From the human T2T-CHM13v2.0 reference genome, Homo sapiens: a stretch of DNA of 64,000 bases. This document shows positions 44,788 to 60,253 of the stretch, piece after piece. Position 1 is the first letter of the stretch. Each line of letters begins with the position of its first letter. The stretch lies in the NCBI RefSeq assembly GCF_009914755.1, contig NC_060930.1, one strand, 5' to 3'. The position numbers and the translations under genes were made by a program. Below the pieces are notes generated by a model. It worked only from the letters and a program-made list of their open reading frames with translations. It did no database searches and had not been told where the DNA came from.

Positions 44788-45516
44788 CTGTTTCCACTTC
44801 AGCTAACTACTATTATCTTTCAAATGCTTATAATTTAAAGGGCTATTGTGCTCAAAAAGAGTCGGATACTTACAAGAAAGGAAAATGTAACCTAGTTCAT
44901 TTTTATTTAATTTTCTCTATCAATACAAAAATCCATGGGAGTTATGATTTACTGGAAGTGATATCTCATTTTAAGTAATCAGCCCTCTCTTCAGGATATA
45001 ATATGTCGTATGCTATCAAAGCAATTGTTCTCAATACGTACATTGCTATTCAACATCAATAAATGTCTTGGTAAAGAAACAGATGCATGAATTTACATTT
45101 ATTTTTAAGCGCAAATAAATCAATGACTATCCTCTGATGAAGTCTACCAACTTTACTGGCAAAGGCATTACTACTTTCTTTGGCTTTTATATTATGCCAT
45201 ATTTCCTATTGCACTATTGGCTTCTCTGTGAATTTGAATGGCACATTTACTTAATTAGGAAAGCTCTAACCAATGAATTTTAAGAAAAATTTTTTAATAA
45301 ACAAATAAATAAATGCCTACAATGACAACAAGTCAACTTTAAAATAGGTTTTTTCAGGATACTGACAATGTATTTTAGACAATTTTTGTTTAATTAAAGA
45401 TAAATTACTATAGCCTTTATTTTTTTATTTTGAAGCTGCATGTGTTTGTTTCTACCTGGCTTTTTCTCACCTTTCACATCATCCTTCTATCTCGGGTAGA
45501 ATTTGATGATGGTAAT

Positions 45517-46218
45517 TGTGTTAGTCATCAATGTATTTACTCAACTCAAAATTCACCTTTCATTGCCTGCTCTGCAAAAGTTGAAATGGGCCAGTTATAT
45601 ATTTAACCTTTGCTGTTGTCATGATGTTAAGTTTTGCCACTAGAAGGTCCTGAAATAGAAACTATGAGAGGAATAAGCTCTTCTTCTTATTCCCAGCAAT
45701 TTCTGTTTGATTCTTCACATGATTGTCAGTAGTATGTGAATGATGTAAGGTAGCGGGGAGGTACCAGTGGACTCTACCCTCATTAAGTATTAGCAGTAGC
45801 CGACAGCTTCCCACTTGGGATTGAGTGATTTGCCACAAGTGAATTATTATTAAGGCTTATGAGTGTCAGTGGTTGGTTCCCAGCCTCGTCTTACCAGCAA
45901 CCCAAAGAAGTATTTTATTTGCCAGCACTGACCAGGATTTTCTCTTCTATACCCTGAAGGGGTTTTTCTTACTTACCCAATAACTAGGAACAAGATCTGA
46001 CCTGAGTTACCCTGCCACCTTCTCTGCCATACAGTAGTCTGCAATCATACCTTCACCAATGAGGTCTGAATCCAAGCCTTGAGATTTATCTCTTTGGTAC
46101 ACAGCACTCTTTACTCCTTTACATCAAATTCCATTATAGTTAACAATTCTTTATTTTAAATACTCCCTTTTCAACTTATTGTGTGATTTCTGTCTCCTGA
46201 TTGGATCCTAACTGATAA
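45517..46218 (+). mobile_element. LTR41-like ERVL LTR
   Basis: 'cattgcctgctctgcaaaagttgaaatgggcc...atgatgttaagttttgccactagaagg' and the end 'tttctgtctcctgattggatcctaactgata'. Confidence 0.6.
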
Positions 46219-47300
46219 AGGAATGAACAGATTTTCAAATATTTTCCAAATCCTCTCCATTACTAAATGGAAATTTTATAAATGAATCACATTGACCTGG
46301 GAAGTTTGTCTCTTAATACCTTCTTCTTTTGAAATAACATTCCAAAGAGATTCATCAAGCAATGACAACACAGAAAGAACAAGTAATTATCTAGCTAATG
46401 GTCAGAATAATTACATTTATAATTGAACTGAAAGAAGTTTAAAATTGGACTCTATCTTTAGATTTAGAATGTAAGACAAAGTACACACCACCTGAAATTT
46501 TAAATAGTCATAAGGGATGGGTGATTTCTCAGCCTAAGGAAAATTATAACTTTCATAAGCATTGACCAAATAGTAAATTGTAAAGGTTGGTTAATGGGCC
46601 ATTATATTTTTGCCATTTTCTTGATAGTACGATTTTATCACATAGGTTGGGCAGTACCATTAAGTAAATTATCTATCATATTATCTATGGAAAAATGATT
46701 CTTCTTTTGGAAATGGGTCCCCAAGGAAATTTCACATATGCAATCTTCTTATTTTTTAGGTGAAAAGTCAACAGAAAGATTGCTGACTTTTTGATGCGTA
46801 GAAAAATAATATTACATGTCAACCAAGACTTATCAAAATGATGTGCATACTTTGTGGATACAAAGTAAGAATAACATTGGTGTTAATAAAAACAGAAAAA
46901 AACATCACTGCAGTGTATCTCCCAAATTCTCTCTCTCTCTTTCTTTCTTTTTTTTCTCTTTGTAGCTAAAATTCTGGGAACTGAGAAGTCAGTTTGTAGA
47001 CTTCTAGGAAAAAAAATATTTCTCTGATAAGGCAACCCTCATACCTCCTGTTAATTTCTTTTCCCCCTGGAAAAACAGCAGAGGCTAGAAGGAAAACCCA
47101 ATCTAATGTTTGAAGAGAAAGTTAAGGGGCCATATGGCATGGATTAACTTGTGCAGTTGTGAATTTAGCCAAGGACCACTTACTTCTGGAGTTCTGGTTA
47201 GCTCAAGGTATTTGCTTTGTTTCTGTTACATGCAGCCTGGGACAATATAGAGTTATCAAATATCATAACTGAAAAATCATTGCAAATTCTACAGTATACA

Positions 47301-47478
47301 TCAGTGTTTTCTTCATACTTGTTTGCGTATTAGAAGCACCTGAGGAGTTTAAAAAATAACAACAGCAGCAACTAATCTATAGATCTAAGCCACATTTTGT
47401 AAATTAGCTGTGACAGAGCCGATTAATGAAAAGCTTTCCAGGTAATCTAATATTCAGTCAGTATATAGCCTCGCTGGT
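47301..47478. mobile_element. MER5A/B-like hAT-Charlie MITE
   Basis: 'cagtgttttcttcatactt...tattagaagcacctgaggagtttaaaaaat...aagctttccaggtaatctaat'. Confidence 0.6.
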
Positions 47479-48165
47479 ATTATATTCTGCATATATCCTT
47501 GTGGCCTGATGGGGATTATGGCTGTTTCTGTATCAGGTTGAATTTCAGAGAGATTAGGGTGCATAAATGCATCATTTTGCATAAGTTTCTTTGCAATATA
47601 ATTTTAAAACCTTAGTATTGTATATATGAGTCTAAATTTAAAAAAAGCAAGTACATTGATTTGTGGAGAATATATGGTCACACTCTTTAATAATCTACTA
47701 TCTCATCTTTTTGTTTATCAGGAAGGTTATTTTTTCACAATGATGTAGAGACAAGCCTCTGGTTTGTTTATTACAGGTCCTAAATCCATGGCAGTGGAGG
47801 AAAAGTATTCCTATAATGAAAGTGCCAGCCTCTGAATTGTTTTCCTGTGGTTTCTGGATTTGAAGTCACATAATAGTGACTTCATTGTTAAATTAATAAT
47901 ATTGAATTTTCTAACATACAAGGAGCACATACCTCCTGGTAGATAGCTGAATGTATTTACTACATTGAGGAGATGAAAAGATGCTTTCTTTGAGTGACTG
48001 TGGCTGGCTTACTCTACATTATTTTTCCATGAATTTTTGGTCCACACGTGAGATTAACTATCCTGATTTAAGCTGCTTTGAGGATCTTTCCTCAAAATCA
48101 TTCGCAATTCAAATGATTCTTTGAAGCCCTGGGAGAGCTGGTTGTGGGCAATAACAGCTAAAGGG

Positions 48166-48793
48166 TGAGAATCCAGACTAGTCATGAAAAACAAAAAAAT
48201 AACTCAAAGCAGTCTGAGCTATGTGAGGCATGCAGAATTTATCAGACCCAGAGAGACATAGCATGAGACTTCAATTATGTCTCCTGCAGCCAAGCCCAGA
48301 GGTAATTGTTTAAAGGCATTTTGTTTTTTCTTCTTTTCCCTGTAGTTTCCAGACTAGCTTATACGTTACATAATTGTTATCACAAGTTGCACAGTGTGAT
48401 CCTTATTCATTATCATCTGGTTCCTAAAATTTTTAACACAAAGAACGATGTATAGCTAATTAATAGCTAATGTTATGAATACCTTCAGCTAATATGCTAT
48501 AAGTTAATACTGTGCACCGATCTAATAACAAGCTAATATTTTGCATTAACCCTGATAACATAATCTAATACTTTAATTAACCAACGTAAATTATGTAAAT
48601 TATTAATAAATAACTTCAAAATTGCCTCATTCTTTTTTTCCTTTAAAAACCCACCAGTAACTGCTGGTAATCAGTGTATATTTTCAGGGCAACTTGAACC
48701 TATGTCTAATGGGTTGCAGTTTTCAAATTTGGCTGAAATAAAATCTCTAGTTATATTATTAATTTTGCCTCAGTTTCCTCTTTTAAGTTGACA
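48166..48793 (+). mobile_element. ERV1 (MER4-group) solo LTR
   Basis: TG...CA termini, with an AATAAA and the terminus 'aattttgcctcagtttcctcttttaagttgaca'. Confidence 0.65.
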
Positions 48794-48904
48794 AAAAAGG
48801 TAGACTCTAGCATCTTGATATTCAAAGATAATGTTATTTAAACATAAGAAAACAAAACTAGACTGACTTTTGCATCATTGGAACAGCTTTACAGAAATTA
48901 TTAA

Positions 48905-50045
<1,141 letters not shown>

Positions 50046-50087
50046 ATATACTATTAAAACTGGCTTACAAAGTTCACAGTTTGGTAA

Positions 50088-50552
50088 TGTGAAATTAAAT
50101 AGGGCAAACCTAAGGCTGTTGGAATTTTACATTATTTAAGCCTTGAGAGTAATGTGACTATGTGGCCTGAGTCAAGTAGCATGCAGCTACAACTTCTGCT
50201 TCTCTGATTATATATTAAATCTCTTCCTTATTATTGTCTTATAAATGATTGGGAAGGACTAAATGGCCATTAACTTTCCTTAGGGAATGTTAAGTAATCT
50301 TCCTTGGAATGTAGCAAGTTGTAACAAATAAAATAATTGTAAAGTATGTACTGACCTTATATGGAAAATGTTGTCACCCTGTTAAACTTCCCTGTTTCTG
50401 CCTATGTAAGTGAAACCTTAGCTTCTTCACTTTGGAAACTTGATCCCATTTACTTGCAGCCTGTGTTTCCTGGGTGACTATCCTCAAGCTTTTGGCTTGA
50501 ATAAACTCTATACTTAATCATATTTTCTGAATCTCGTTATTTTAGTTTGATA
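50088..50552 (+). mobile_element. MER57-like ERV1 solo LTR
   Basis: 3' end 'aataaactctatacttaatcatattttctgaatctcgttattttag'. 4-bp TSD gtaa (50084-50087, 50553-50556). Confidence 0.75.
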
Positions 50553-50879
50553 GTAAATAGTTCTAATAAAGAAGATCACAATTATAAAACAAAGAAAAGA
50601 GAAAAAAAGTTTTTGTAACATATAGGTTTAGCCAAAGTCAACAAAACTATCAATACATATGAGAAGAATGTCATCAGTCATGTAATGTCAAATTACATTG
50701 ATATTTTATTGTCAATTTAATTGTTTTGAAAAATGAACTCATCTATTTGGTAGACATTCAGTTTACGGGGTCCTTGCTTTGACAGTTAGAAAAGCAGACA
50801 TTCTACTTTGTATTTGAATAGAAGTTTCAATGTATCAGATTATAGTTATACTATATGAAGGATTCTGAAAGTACTACAG

Positions 50880-51640
50880 CATATCTGGACAGATCAACAG
50901 AGTCATTTCAACTAATCTATTACAAGGCCATCACAATAGCCTCCTGAAACACAGAATATTTATCAGAACTGGTGGTACAAACTCATTCATAGAAGGCTTG
51001 AGTAATTTATCTCTTTCTCTTGTACACATGGATCTAAACCTGAGCCAAGGTGGTACCCTGAAAGAAAGGTAGTCATGAAAAACAGGGAAGGGAGTAAAGG
51101 GGAAAGAATAGGTTCAGGCAGAGGTTGAGGAACATTAGAGTTTTCCTGAACAAGGGAGTGTTCACATAAGCATTCACCATTTGGTAGAGAGAAATTAAAG
51201 ACACCAACTTAGAAAATGCACTTCCGAGGAGCAAGATTCTCAGATAATCAAGGCAGTGGAATTGTGGTTGGATTTGTGAAAAATGAAAGATACTGAATGA
51301 CATAAGTTGGGACTCAGAAATATGGAGTGAGGTTTGAAGAGGAGGGAGAGAACAAAGGGTAAGAATACTCTTCTAAGTGAGTGACATGAAGCTGCAGGAG
51401 ATGAAGGTATTTTCATCGAAACCCCTAAGGGGATGGGGTAAAAATGAGAGTACTGGGTAAATGAAGGTATGAGGAAATGAATACTGGGAAGAATATCAAA
51501 AGGAATTATATTATCAAGACCTTTTGATAAAGAAAGGTCTTCTGTATTGGGAAAGACCATCCATTTGAGTAGATCATACATCAGAAGTTTAGAGATAGAA
51601 AGAGCAACTGCTTAATGGGCTAGAACAGCTGAGCCAACCC
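50880..51640 (-). mobile_element. Decayed L2 fragment
   Basis: Purine-rich tract with L2-like antisense phrases ('gaggagcaagattctcagataatcaaggcagtgg'). Confidence 0.45.
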
Positions 51641-51739
51641 TGGTTATCCCTGAGGAAGGCAGAGAAAAGGAAAATAACTAACAAATGTCTTTTCCAAGTT
51701 AATGGCCTTCACTGAGAGACTGGAGCTTGCATTGTGTTT

Positions 51740-51925
51740 TATATAACTTACCTTGATGAATACACACATGCTAATAGAATAGGCATTATTATTGCCATTT
51801 TACCCATCAGGAAACTATATTTCTCGCATGCTATAGTGATTTCCCAATAAATTCATACTATGAAGATACCAAATATGGGGTCTAAACCAAATATTTCTCA
51901 TTCAGATATCCACATTAACTTTCTA
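51740..51925 (-). mobile_element. MIR
   Basis: Core 'taggcattattattgccattttacccatcaggaaact'. Confidence 0.6.
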
Positions 51926-53199
51926 CATAGCTCTTTCTACCCAAGTTGGCTTATCTTACTACTTGGCTGAGGGCTGACTTTGTCTTGAATCAAAAAATCC
52001 ATTCTACAAGAAATTTTGTTACCACATTAATATGTATGCAAACCCAGGGAGCAGGAGTAGTGAGCAGCTGAGGGAGCTTTATTAAAGCATAAGTAGGTTG
52101 AATTTGGAAAATTAATTATTCTCCTATGCCCCAAAACTATGACAGTTTTCATAGCCTTGTCAACCCAGTACTTCACAGATATTAAAATTGGCCTTCAGGT
52201 GCAAGCCAAAATTATCTTTAAGTAAAATTAGTAATATGCCATCTCTGATTCTTCAGGTTCATGACAATCAGATATATCACCACTAAGAGCCCCGTTGCGT
52301 ATGGCAAAGATAGAGGAGGAGTTCTATCACCTTAAAATTATATATGAACTGAGATTCTCTTTTTAAATAATCAAAAACAAAAAAATCTCCCCTACTATTT
52401 AGTTTAATGGCAATCCAATTAATATAGAAAAGCATTACCACTTAAAATATACTAAGTTGAATGTCTACAAAAGTAAAAAAAAAAATAAATTTTAGACAAA
52501 GCTTTCCAGTTATACAAATTTGAGCAATGTCTTAAATGAAAAGAACAGATATATAGTAGGAAATGGGGAAAAAACCTAAAATTCATAGTTTCACTGGAGA
52601 AATAATGGTGCTTTTAAAAATCTGAAATACTGGAGCAAAGCACACATTTTGCGTGAAAATAGAAAACATGTAACATTTCCTACAAATGCTTTATCTTTTA
52701 TCATTCTGACTATGACTGTGATAAATGACTTTTCTACAGAGTATGAAACAACTCACCCCATACTAGGATAATGGAAAGTGATTCTTTCACACCTTAGTCC
52801 TTAAAATAGATTGTTTATATGTGGATTTTCAGAGTCTGCCTATTGATAAGGACTAACCTTGAGTAAACCAGAGACTTCATGCAACTAGGGAAAGATGGAA
52901 GTCTGGGCCGGACTGTCTTCCCACTGAAGACTTCTTCCTTGAGAACAAGGTCCCAAACCAGTGGTTCTCAAGTCACAGTGTTCTTTTACTAGGCCAACAG
53001 AGTATTTTCAGAAAAGTATAAATTTCAATATCTAAAGTAATCAAAGCATACCCTTTCCAATTTCCCAAGTTCTTTACCACTCTGATTTAAAAATGTATTT
53101 TACATGCTTGATTCCTAAAGGTATTTGAATTTCAGCCCTTGCATTTACATAAGACAGAAAATATTTAAAGTTATAGAATCATCTGTCAACAGTGTAAAA

Positions 53200-53830
53200 C
53201 TCTGAATATGTCTAGTGCCAGTAGGGGTATTAGAAAGTATCCAGTGACATAGCTGCTGGTAGGACTACAGATTTATAAAACACTTTTTGAAGGGACAAGT
53301 AGATTGGCAATGTATTAATCAGAAAGTGAAATACTTTTAATTCTACCTCAGGACTCAGAGAAATGTTTAGATTTAAGAATATTCATTGCAACCTCATTAA
53401 TCATAGAAAATATTGAAATTGACTTCAATAACCATCTCTGAGAGACTGATTAAATAACTATAATAGGGTTATATTGTAGGGAATCATGCAACCATTAAAA
53501 AGAACATGAACCTAAGTGTGCTTTTTGGAAAATGCTCCAAGATACAAAGTTGCAATAAAAAACCATTTCAGACTAAGTATATAATATGAGCCTATTCATT
53601 TAAAATATGCATGTATGTGTATTTATATGTATGTGAATGTATATACATAGAACATTAACTGGAGAACTAGTGTGACGTATTCCAAACTCTTAAGTCTTAT
53701 GTATAAACTGGGGAGTGACGTAAAGGAACATTTTCCATATTTAGTCTGAGGATTCAATATCCTTGAAATATTTATAATGATAATTTACTTGTATATTGAT
53801 TATAGAAAAGTAATGATAATGATAGGAATA
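53200..53830 (+). mobile_element. L1ME-like 3' fragment
   Basis: 'aagaatattcattgcaacctcattaatcatag...gactgattaaataactat...gcaaccattaaaaagaa'. Confidence 0.6.
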
Positions 53831-54372
53831 TAAACTATAAGAGGGAGAACAGTAAATGTAATTATTAATTTCCATCATAATGTGCCCGCCTTATACTAGA
53901 GTACTGTCTCCAGGTGTCCACTCCAACTTCTGCATTCCTGAAAAGTTAACTCTTCATTTCATCTGTCTTTCAGACTTTAACACAGTTTTTTCTGCTTGGA
54001 TACTATCAGCTATATCCCATAAGATAGTACATACTGTGTTTTACATCATAACTATCTTCTGTATGAGGCTGAAAGTTCAACAAAGTCTGAAACCATACCT
54101 TTGTGGTTTTCTCATCATTTCCTCGAGACAATAGGGTCCTGGGATGACTGTGTCCTGTTTAGCAGAAGGAACTGTAATGCACACTGAATACACCAGTGAG
54201 CTTTATTACTGAGGTAGGAAGGGTCAGTGGGGCATTCTGCCTTTAAGATAACAGGTGAGCTTACTTGTTAGCCAATGGATGCATTCTAGCTGGTAGGAAC
54301 CTCAATGTGTTTGTTGAATGAGTCATTGCATCAGTTAATTCATGAATATATTAATCTTACCTGGTTTCTTCT

Positions 54373-54374
<2 letters not shown>

Positions 54375-54407
<33 letters not shown>
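54375..54407. repeat. Poly(T) tract
   Basis: About 33 consecutive T. Confidence 0.95.
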
Positions 54408-54409
<2 letters not shown>

Positions 54410-56444
54410 AATTGAAGACAAACTCCTCCTGGAAAGGAATATGTAAAATTGTGGGAGAAAATATGAGTTTTGAAAATAAATAGAAGAGCAATGATTTAAC
54501 CAGTATAACAAGCTTAGATGAAAAAATTCTTGGACCTTAATTATTTCAAATTACGAACTTCAAATAATTTATAACCCTTTCATGTATGTATTCAAGTGTA
54601 ATTAAATAATCATTCATTCATGTATTCATTAATACTCATTTAAAGTTTTTCAGATGATGAAGCCTGTAGATAGAGAAAATAATTAAGGCAGTCTGGGATT
54701 CAAAGTGGTGCTTCCCTTTTAGGTCATGTATCCGTTTCCTAAGAGGGAAAGAGGAAGCTGGAACATCTTGTCACAACCTTGGAGTTCAATTGATCTCATT
54801 TATATTCCAGTGGTTATATTGTTTATATTCACATACTAGTTGCACTAAGTAATTTCATTTAGCACCCCATTCCATCCTAAAATGTGTTGTACTCTGCAAA
54901 ACCTATTTTTAATTATTCTAAATATTATATATTTTATTACTGTTTATTTCAAAATTCTGGCAGAAAATTTTTTTTATTGCAGCTTTCCTGACATTCAGGC
55001 ACCTGTTCTGTGTTCTTATAGGGTTTGACTATCAAATTATATCTAATCATTCCTGTGGTTTCTTTTTATTCACCACTTCCACAAATGTGGCCTGACTGAC
55101 AAGTATGGTCAGCCATTCTCATGAAAGCAGATTATCCATGGAACTTTTTCTGCCTCCTAATAGAGCTCATCTAGGTCTCCAGCATGCCTCCAGCTCTTTT
55201 GCTAAATAGGACATAGTAACTAAGGATCTAGTGTTGTCATCATTAGCATGCATGTCCAAAAGTTGTCTTATTGCAGCTTCTCATAATCTGCATTAAAATA
55301 TATATAAACAGCTGTTTCCACTATGGTTTTACAGACAAAACCATATCTATCACTAATTTTTCTTTGAATTGATGGTGGTGATAATCTAGACTTAGTTTAT
55401 CTATGTACCTATCTAGTGTAATCTATGACTTAGTTTATAGAGTTTTCTCATTTAGTTGACTGACAGAATCCAAATTTGAAGCTGAAAACAAAAAAATGTG
55501 AAAATTCTACTGAGATAGTATAAAAGTTTTGCAAATATGAATTACTGCCAACTCATAAAAAGAAAAAGAAAAACAGCCCAACTTTAATAATAATAAAAAA
55601 ATAAAAGATAAAGTCATGGGGAGATAAAATGTAACTTCTTTAACAGTGAAGGTACAACCTATGTCAGTGCTGTAAAATTTCCTTTATCCAAAAGAAAAAA
55701 TAATTAACAGCTTATAGGATTCAAAAGTTTATGTGATCTCTTTTACTGAGAAATAAAACAAACCTGCAATGTAATAAATTATATCAGAATAGACTGTTAA
55801 TGTTGATTGAACGTATTATAACATTTAAAACATTTTCTTCATTACTTTAATAAATGATAGATACACGAATGTAAAGAAAGCATCGAATTGGTTCTGAAAA
55901 AACATCTTCCTTTTCATTGTGAGAGTTCAATAAACAAAGAGGAAACAGAGGGAAAATATGAATTGGTGAATGTATTATCAGCCTATTCTTTTCTTAATGT
56001 TAAAATCTTTTTTGGTCATGTAAACAAATGGAAACTTATCTGGACTAAAATCGTACCAAGAACTGTACTTTGTAACTGCATATATTGGTGTGAATAGTAT
56101 TTTTCTGCATGAATGTCCTAGTGTAGGTTTTAAATAAAGTTGAGATAAACAGAATAAAATATTGTGTGATAATCAAGCCCATCTTTTGCTTTTGGAAATA
56201 AAACTGCGCTGTAATTTAGAATGGCCCTAGATCAACTAATCATGTATTTCCAGGATATTTATTTTCCAATTTAAAAAAATATACTTTGGATTGATTTTAG
56301 GTTTAAAAACAGGAATCTAGAGGAAATAAGTATACTGTGAAACTACTTATTAATGAACATATGGATTAAACATATGGCCAAATGTGGGAAGTACAATCGA
56401 TAAAACTAACCTCTTCATAGGAACTCTAGCAGAATACAGAAATT

Positions 56445-56627
56445 TTGTATTTCTCAAACTTTTTAAAGCCCAAATAATTTCAGTCCAAATATTATCTAGG
56501 AAAAAAGTTTGTAGATAACATTCTGTGAAAATTTTGGAATATACTTGTAATATGTATTACTTGAGGAGAAAGGTATTTAAGATCAAATATATTTGGATAA
56601 AACTGAGTTAAAGAAAGATAAACGGAG

Positions 56628-56674
<47 letters not shown>

Positions 56675-56845
56675 CTTTCTTCAGGACTTATCAGCACCCT
56701 TAATGTGTTAGTTATGGATCATGTACTTCTTAGGAAGGAATAAGGTCAACAATATTTTTCCATAGTATCTGATAACAGAACCTCTTTTTCAAGAAAATAT
56801 TTGATAACACTTGCATTTGAACAAGTATATTTTAAAAAATACTGA
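56445..56845. mobile_element. MER103/Charlie-like hAT remnant containing (GT)n at ~56630-56672
   Basis: 'aaatatatttggataaaactgagttaaagaaagataaac...tttcttcaggacttatcagcacccttaatgtgtta'. Confidence 0.5.
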
Positions 56846-57279
56846 TCCAAATGAATAGTGAACTTTTCTACTCCCTTTCTGTATTTTAATTACTTCTTGA
56901 TTTGAGAAAGATTCTAAAAGGCAATTGATTGTTTGATTAGGAGTTTGGCATTATGAAGCATTCCACAAATCATTAAGTTTCTCATGTTCATTTGAAATAT
57001 GGAGACAAGTGATGAAGTGACTTACCTAATACTATAAATAAATTAAATATTCTTATATTCTAAAATGAATACTCTTTCATATTTTCAGTATTTTTTTGGA
57101 AAAGCAGTATACAAACCATAACTATGAAAAACTGGTAAATATTTTACTCATTTAGTTTTTGTTTAGCTTTTATATTTCTTATGCACAGCTTTTATTTTTA
57201 TTTTTTGCTACATTGAAGATAGCACAGTATATAATGGCACAGATAGAGTTTTGGACTAATACAGAAATTTAAATCATTT

Positions 57280-59385
57280 CCGTTGAAAACCTGTGCAAGT
57301 CAAGGATGCCCTCTCTCACCACTCCTACTCAATATAGTATTGGAAGTCCTGGCCAAAGCAATTAGGCAAGAGAAAGAAATAAAGGGCATCCAAATAGAAA
57401 GAGAGGAAGTCAAACTATCCTTGTTTGCAGGTGGCATGATTCTATATCTAGAAAACCCCACTGTCTCAACCCAAAAGCTTATTAAGCTGGTAAACAACTT
57501 CAGCAAAGTCTCAGGATAGAAAATCAAAGTGCAAAAATTACTGGCATTCCTAAACACCAACAGTAGTCAAGCTGAGAGCTAAATCAGGAATGAACTCCCA
57601 TTCACAATTGCCACAACAAGAATAAAATACCGGGGAATACTGCTAACTAGGGAGATGAAAGATCTCTACAGTGAGAACCACAAATCACCGCTCAAAGAAA
57701 TCAGAGAAGGCACCAACAAATGGAAAAACATTCCATCCTCATGGATAGAAAGAGTCAATATCATGAAAATGGACACAGTGCCCAAAGTTATTTATAGATT
57801 CAATGCTATCCAAATTAAACTACCATTGAGGTTCTTCACAGAGATAGAAAAAAACATTTTAAAATCCTATGGATCCCAAAAGAGTTCAAATAGCCAAGGC
57901 AACCCTATATAAACAGAATAAAGCTGGGCGCATCACACTCCCCAACATCAAACTATATTACAGGGCAACAGTAACCAAAACAGCATGGTGCTGGAACTAA
58001 CACAGGCACATAGACCAATGAAACAGAACAGAGAACCCCAAAATAAGGCCATACACTTACACCTATCTGATCTTTGACAAAGCTGACAAAAATAATCAAT
58101 GGGGAAAGGACTCCCTATTCAATAAATGGTGCTGAGATAACTGGCTAGCCATATGCAGAAGATTAAAACTGGATCCCTTCCTTACACCATACACAAAAAT
58201 TAACTCAAGATGGATTAAAGACTTAAATGTGAAACCCAAAACTATAAAAACCCTGGAAGACAACATAGGCAGTACCATTCAGGACATAGGCATAGGTAAA
58301 TATTTCATGATGAAAATGCCAAAAGCAATTGCAGTAAAAGCAAAAATTAACAAATGAGATCTAATTAAATTAAAAAGCTTTTGCACAACAAAAGAAATTA
58401 TTGACAGAGTAAATAGACAATCTACAGAATGGGATGGGAGAAAACTTTTGCAAACTATGCATTCAACAAAGGTCTAATATCCAGCATCTGTGAGGAACTT
58501 AACCAAATTTACAAGCAAAAAACAACCCCTTTAAAAAGTGAACAAAGGATGTGAGCAAACATTTTTCAAAAGAAGACAGACATAGAGCCAACAATAATAT
58601 GAAGAAAAGCTCGACATCACTGATCATTAGAGCAATGCAAATCAAAACCACAGTGAGATACCATCTCACACCAGTCAGAATGGCTATTAATAAAAAGGAA
58701 AAACAAACAAAAAACAGATGCTGCCAAGGTTGTAGAGAAAAAGGAATGCTTATAAACTGTTGCTGCTGGGAGTATAAATTAGTTCAGCCTTTGTGGAAGA
58801 CAGTGTGGCAATTCCTCAAAGATCTAAAAACAGAAACACCATTCAACCCAGGAATCTCATTACTGGGCATACACCTAAAAGAATGTAAACTCTTCTGTTA
58901 TAAAGACAGACGCACACCTATGTTCATTGCAGCACTATTCATAATAGCAAAGACATGAAATCAACCTAAATGTCCATGACTGATAGGCTGGATAAAGAAA
59001 ATGTGATACATACACACTGTAAAATACTATAAATCCACAAAGAAGAACAAGATCATGTCCCTTGCAAGAATATGGATAAGCTTGAGGCCGTTATCCTTAG
59101 CAAACTAACGCAGAAACAGAAAGCCAAATACCACATGTTCTCACTTAAAAGTGGGAGCTAAATGATGAGAACACATGGACACAGAGGGGAACAACATATA
59201 CTGGGGCCTAATGGAAGGTGGCAGGTGGGAGGAAGGAGAGGATTAGGAAAAATAATTAATGGGTACTATGCTTAATACTTGGGTGATAAAATAATCTGTA
59301 CAGCAAATCCCCATGACACAAGTTTACCTATGAAACAAACATGCACATGTACCCCTGAACTTAAAAGTTAAAAGAAAAAGAAAAT
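57280..59385 (+). mobile_element. 5'-truncated L1PA13-like LINE-1 (~2.1 kb)
   Basis: ORF2 RT motif [18 protein letters not shown]...[13 protein letters not shown], with the catalytic DD lost. 3' UTR ends 'cacatgtacccctgaacttaaaagtt' plus an A-rich tail. Confidence 0.93.
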
Positions 59386-59973
59386 ATTCACATATTTTAG
59401 GGACCCAAATATGTAACCACATTTGGAGTTTGCTTCAATATTTAATCTGTACAAATATAATAAACTATTTTCTATTAAAATAAGATTTTATAACTTTTTC
59501 ACTGCACTGTAGCTAAAAATCAACTAATTTGACAATTGATACATGGAGAAAATTGGTATGTGGAGAGGTGGAAAAAAAATTAGTGATGAGACCCATCAAG
59601 TGCAAAAATTTTCTAATAAATCTGCATATATGCCACCTGTGCCAAGGAAGCACCTAAATCAAATTTAATAATTGGAACTACAATACAGAAGTCAGCTACT
59701 CTAGAAGATATTTGTCTTTTCCAGCTGGAAAATGGTACATTTTTACTCTAAAAGAAGAAAAGGGCTTTTCAGCAGAACCTGCTTATTAGGAAATATGCAA
59801 AAATCATATCTTACATGCTTGACTGGATGTATTTTTTTTTACCTTTGCCAAATCAGCATCTCTGGCAAAAAATGCTTCTCAAGGTTTGAATCAATATGGA
59901 ATAATAAATCAGCCACAGTTTGAGGTTATTTTTCCCTATTACTTATGGCAAAGACCTAAGAAATTATGGTGTT

Positions 59974-60222
59974 GGCTGGGAGCGGTGGCTCACGCCTGTA
60001 ATCCAGCACTTTGGGAGGCCAAGACAGGTGGATCATGTGAGTTCAGGAGTTCGAGACCAGCCTGGACAACACGGTGAAATTTTGTCTGTAATAAAAATAC
60101 AAAAATTAACCGGGCATGATGGTGGGCGCTTCTCAGAAGGTTGACACAGGAAAATCTCTTTAAGCCGGGAGGCAGAGGTTGTACCACTGCACACCAGCCT
60201 GGGTGACAGAGCGAGATTTTGT

Positions 60223-60252
<30 letters not shown>
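59974..60252 (+). mobile_element. AluS with internal deletions and an A/(GA) tail
   Basis: Perfect 14-bp TSD agaaattatggtgt (59959-59972, 60253-60266). Confidence 0.93.

Positions 60253-60253
<1 letters not shown>

Noticed and set aside
57283-58958. Reverse-transcriptase-like ORFs
   Set aside because: Fragments of a 5'-truncated L1 with stops, frameshifts and a mutated catalytic motif (FAGG instead of FADD).
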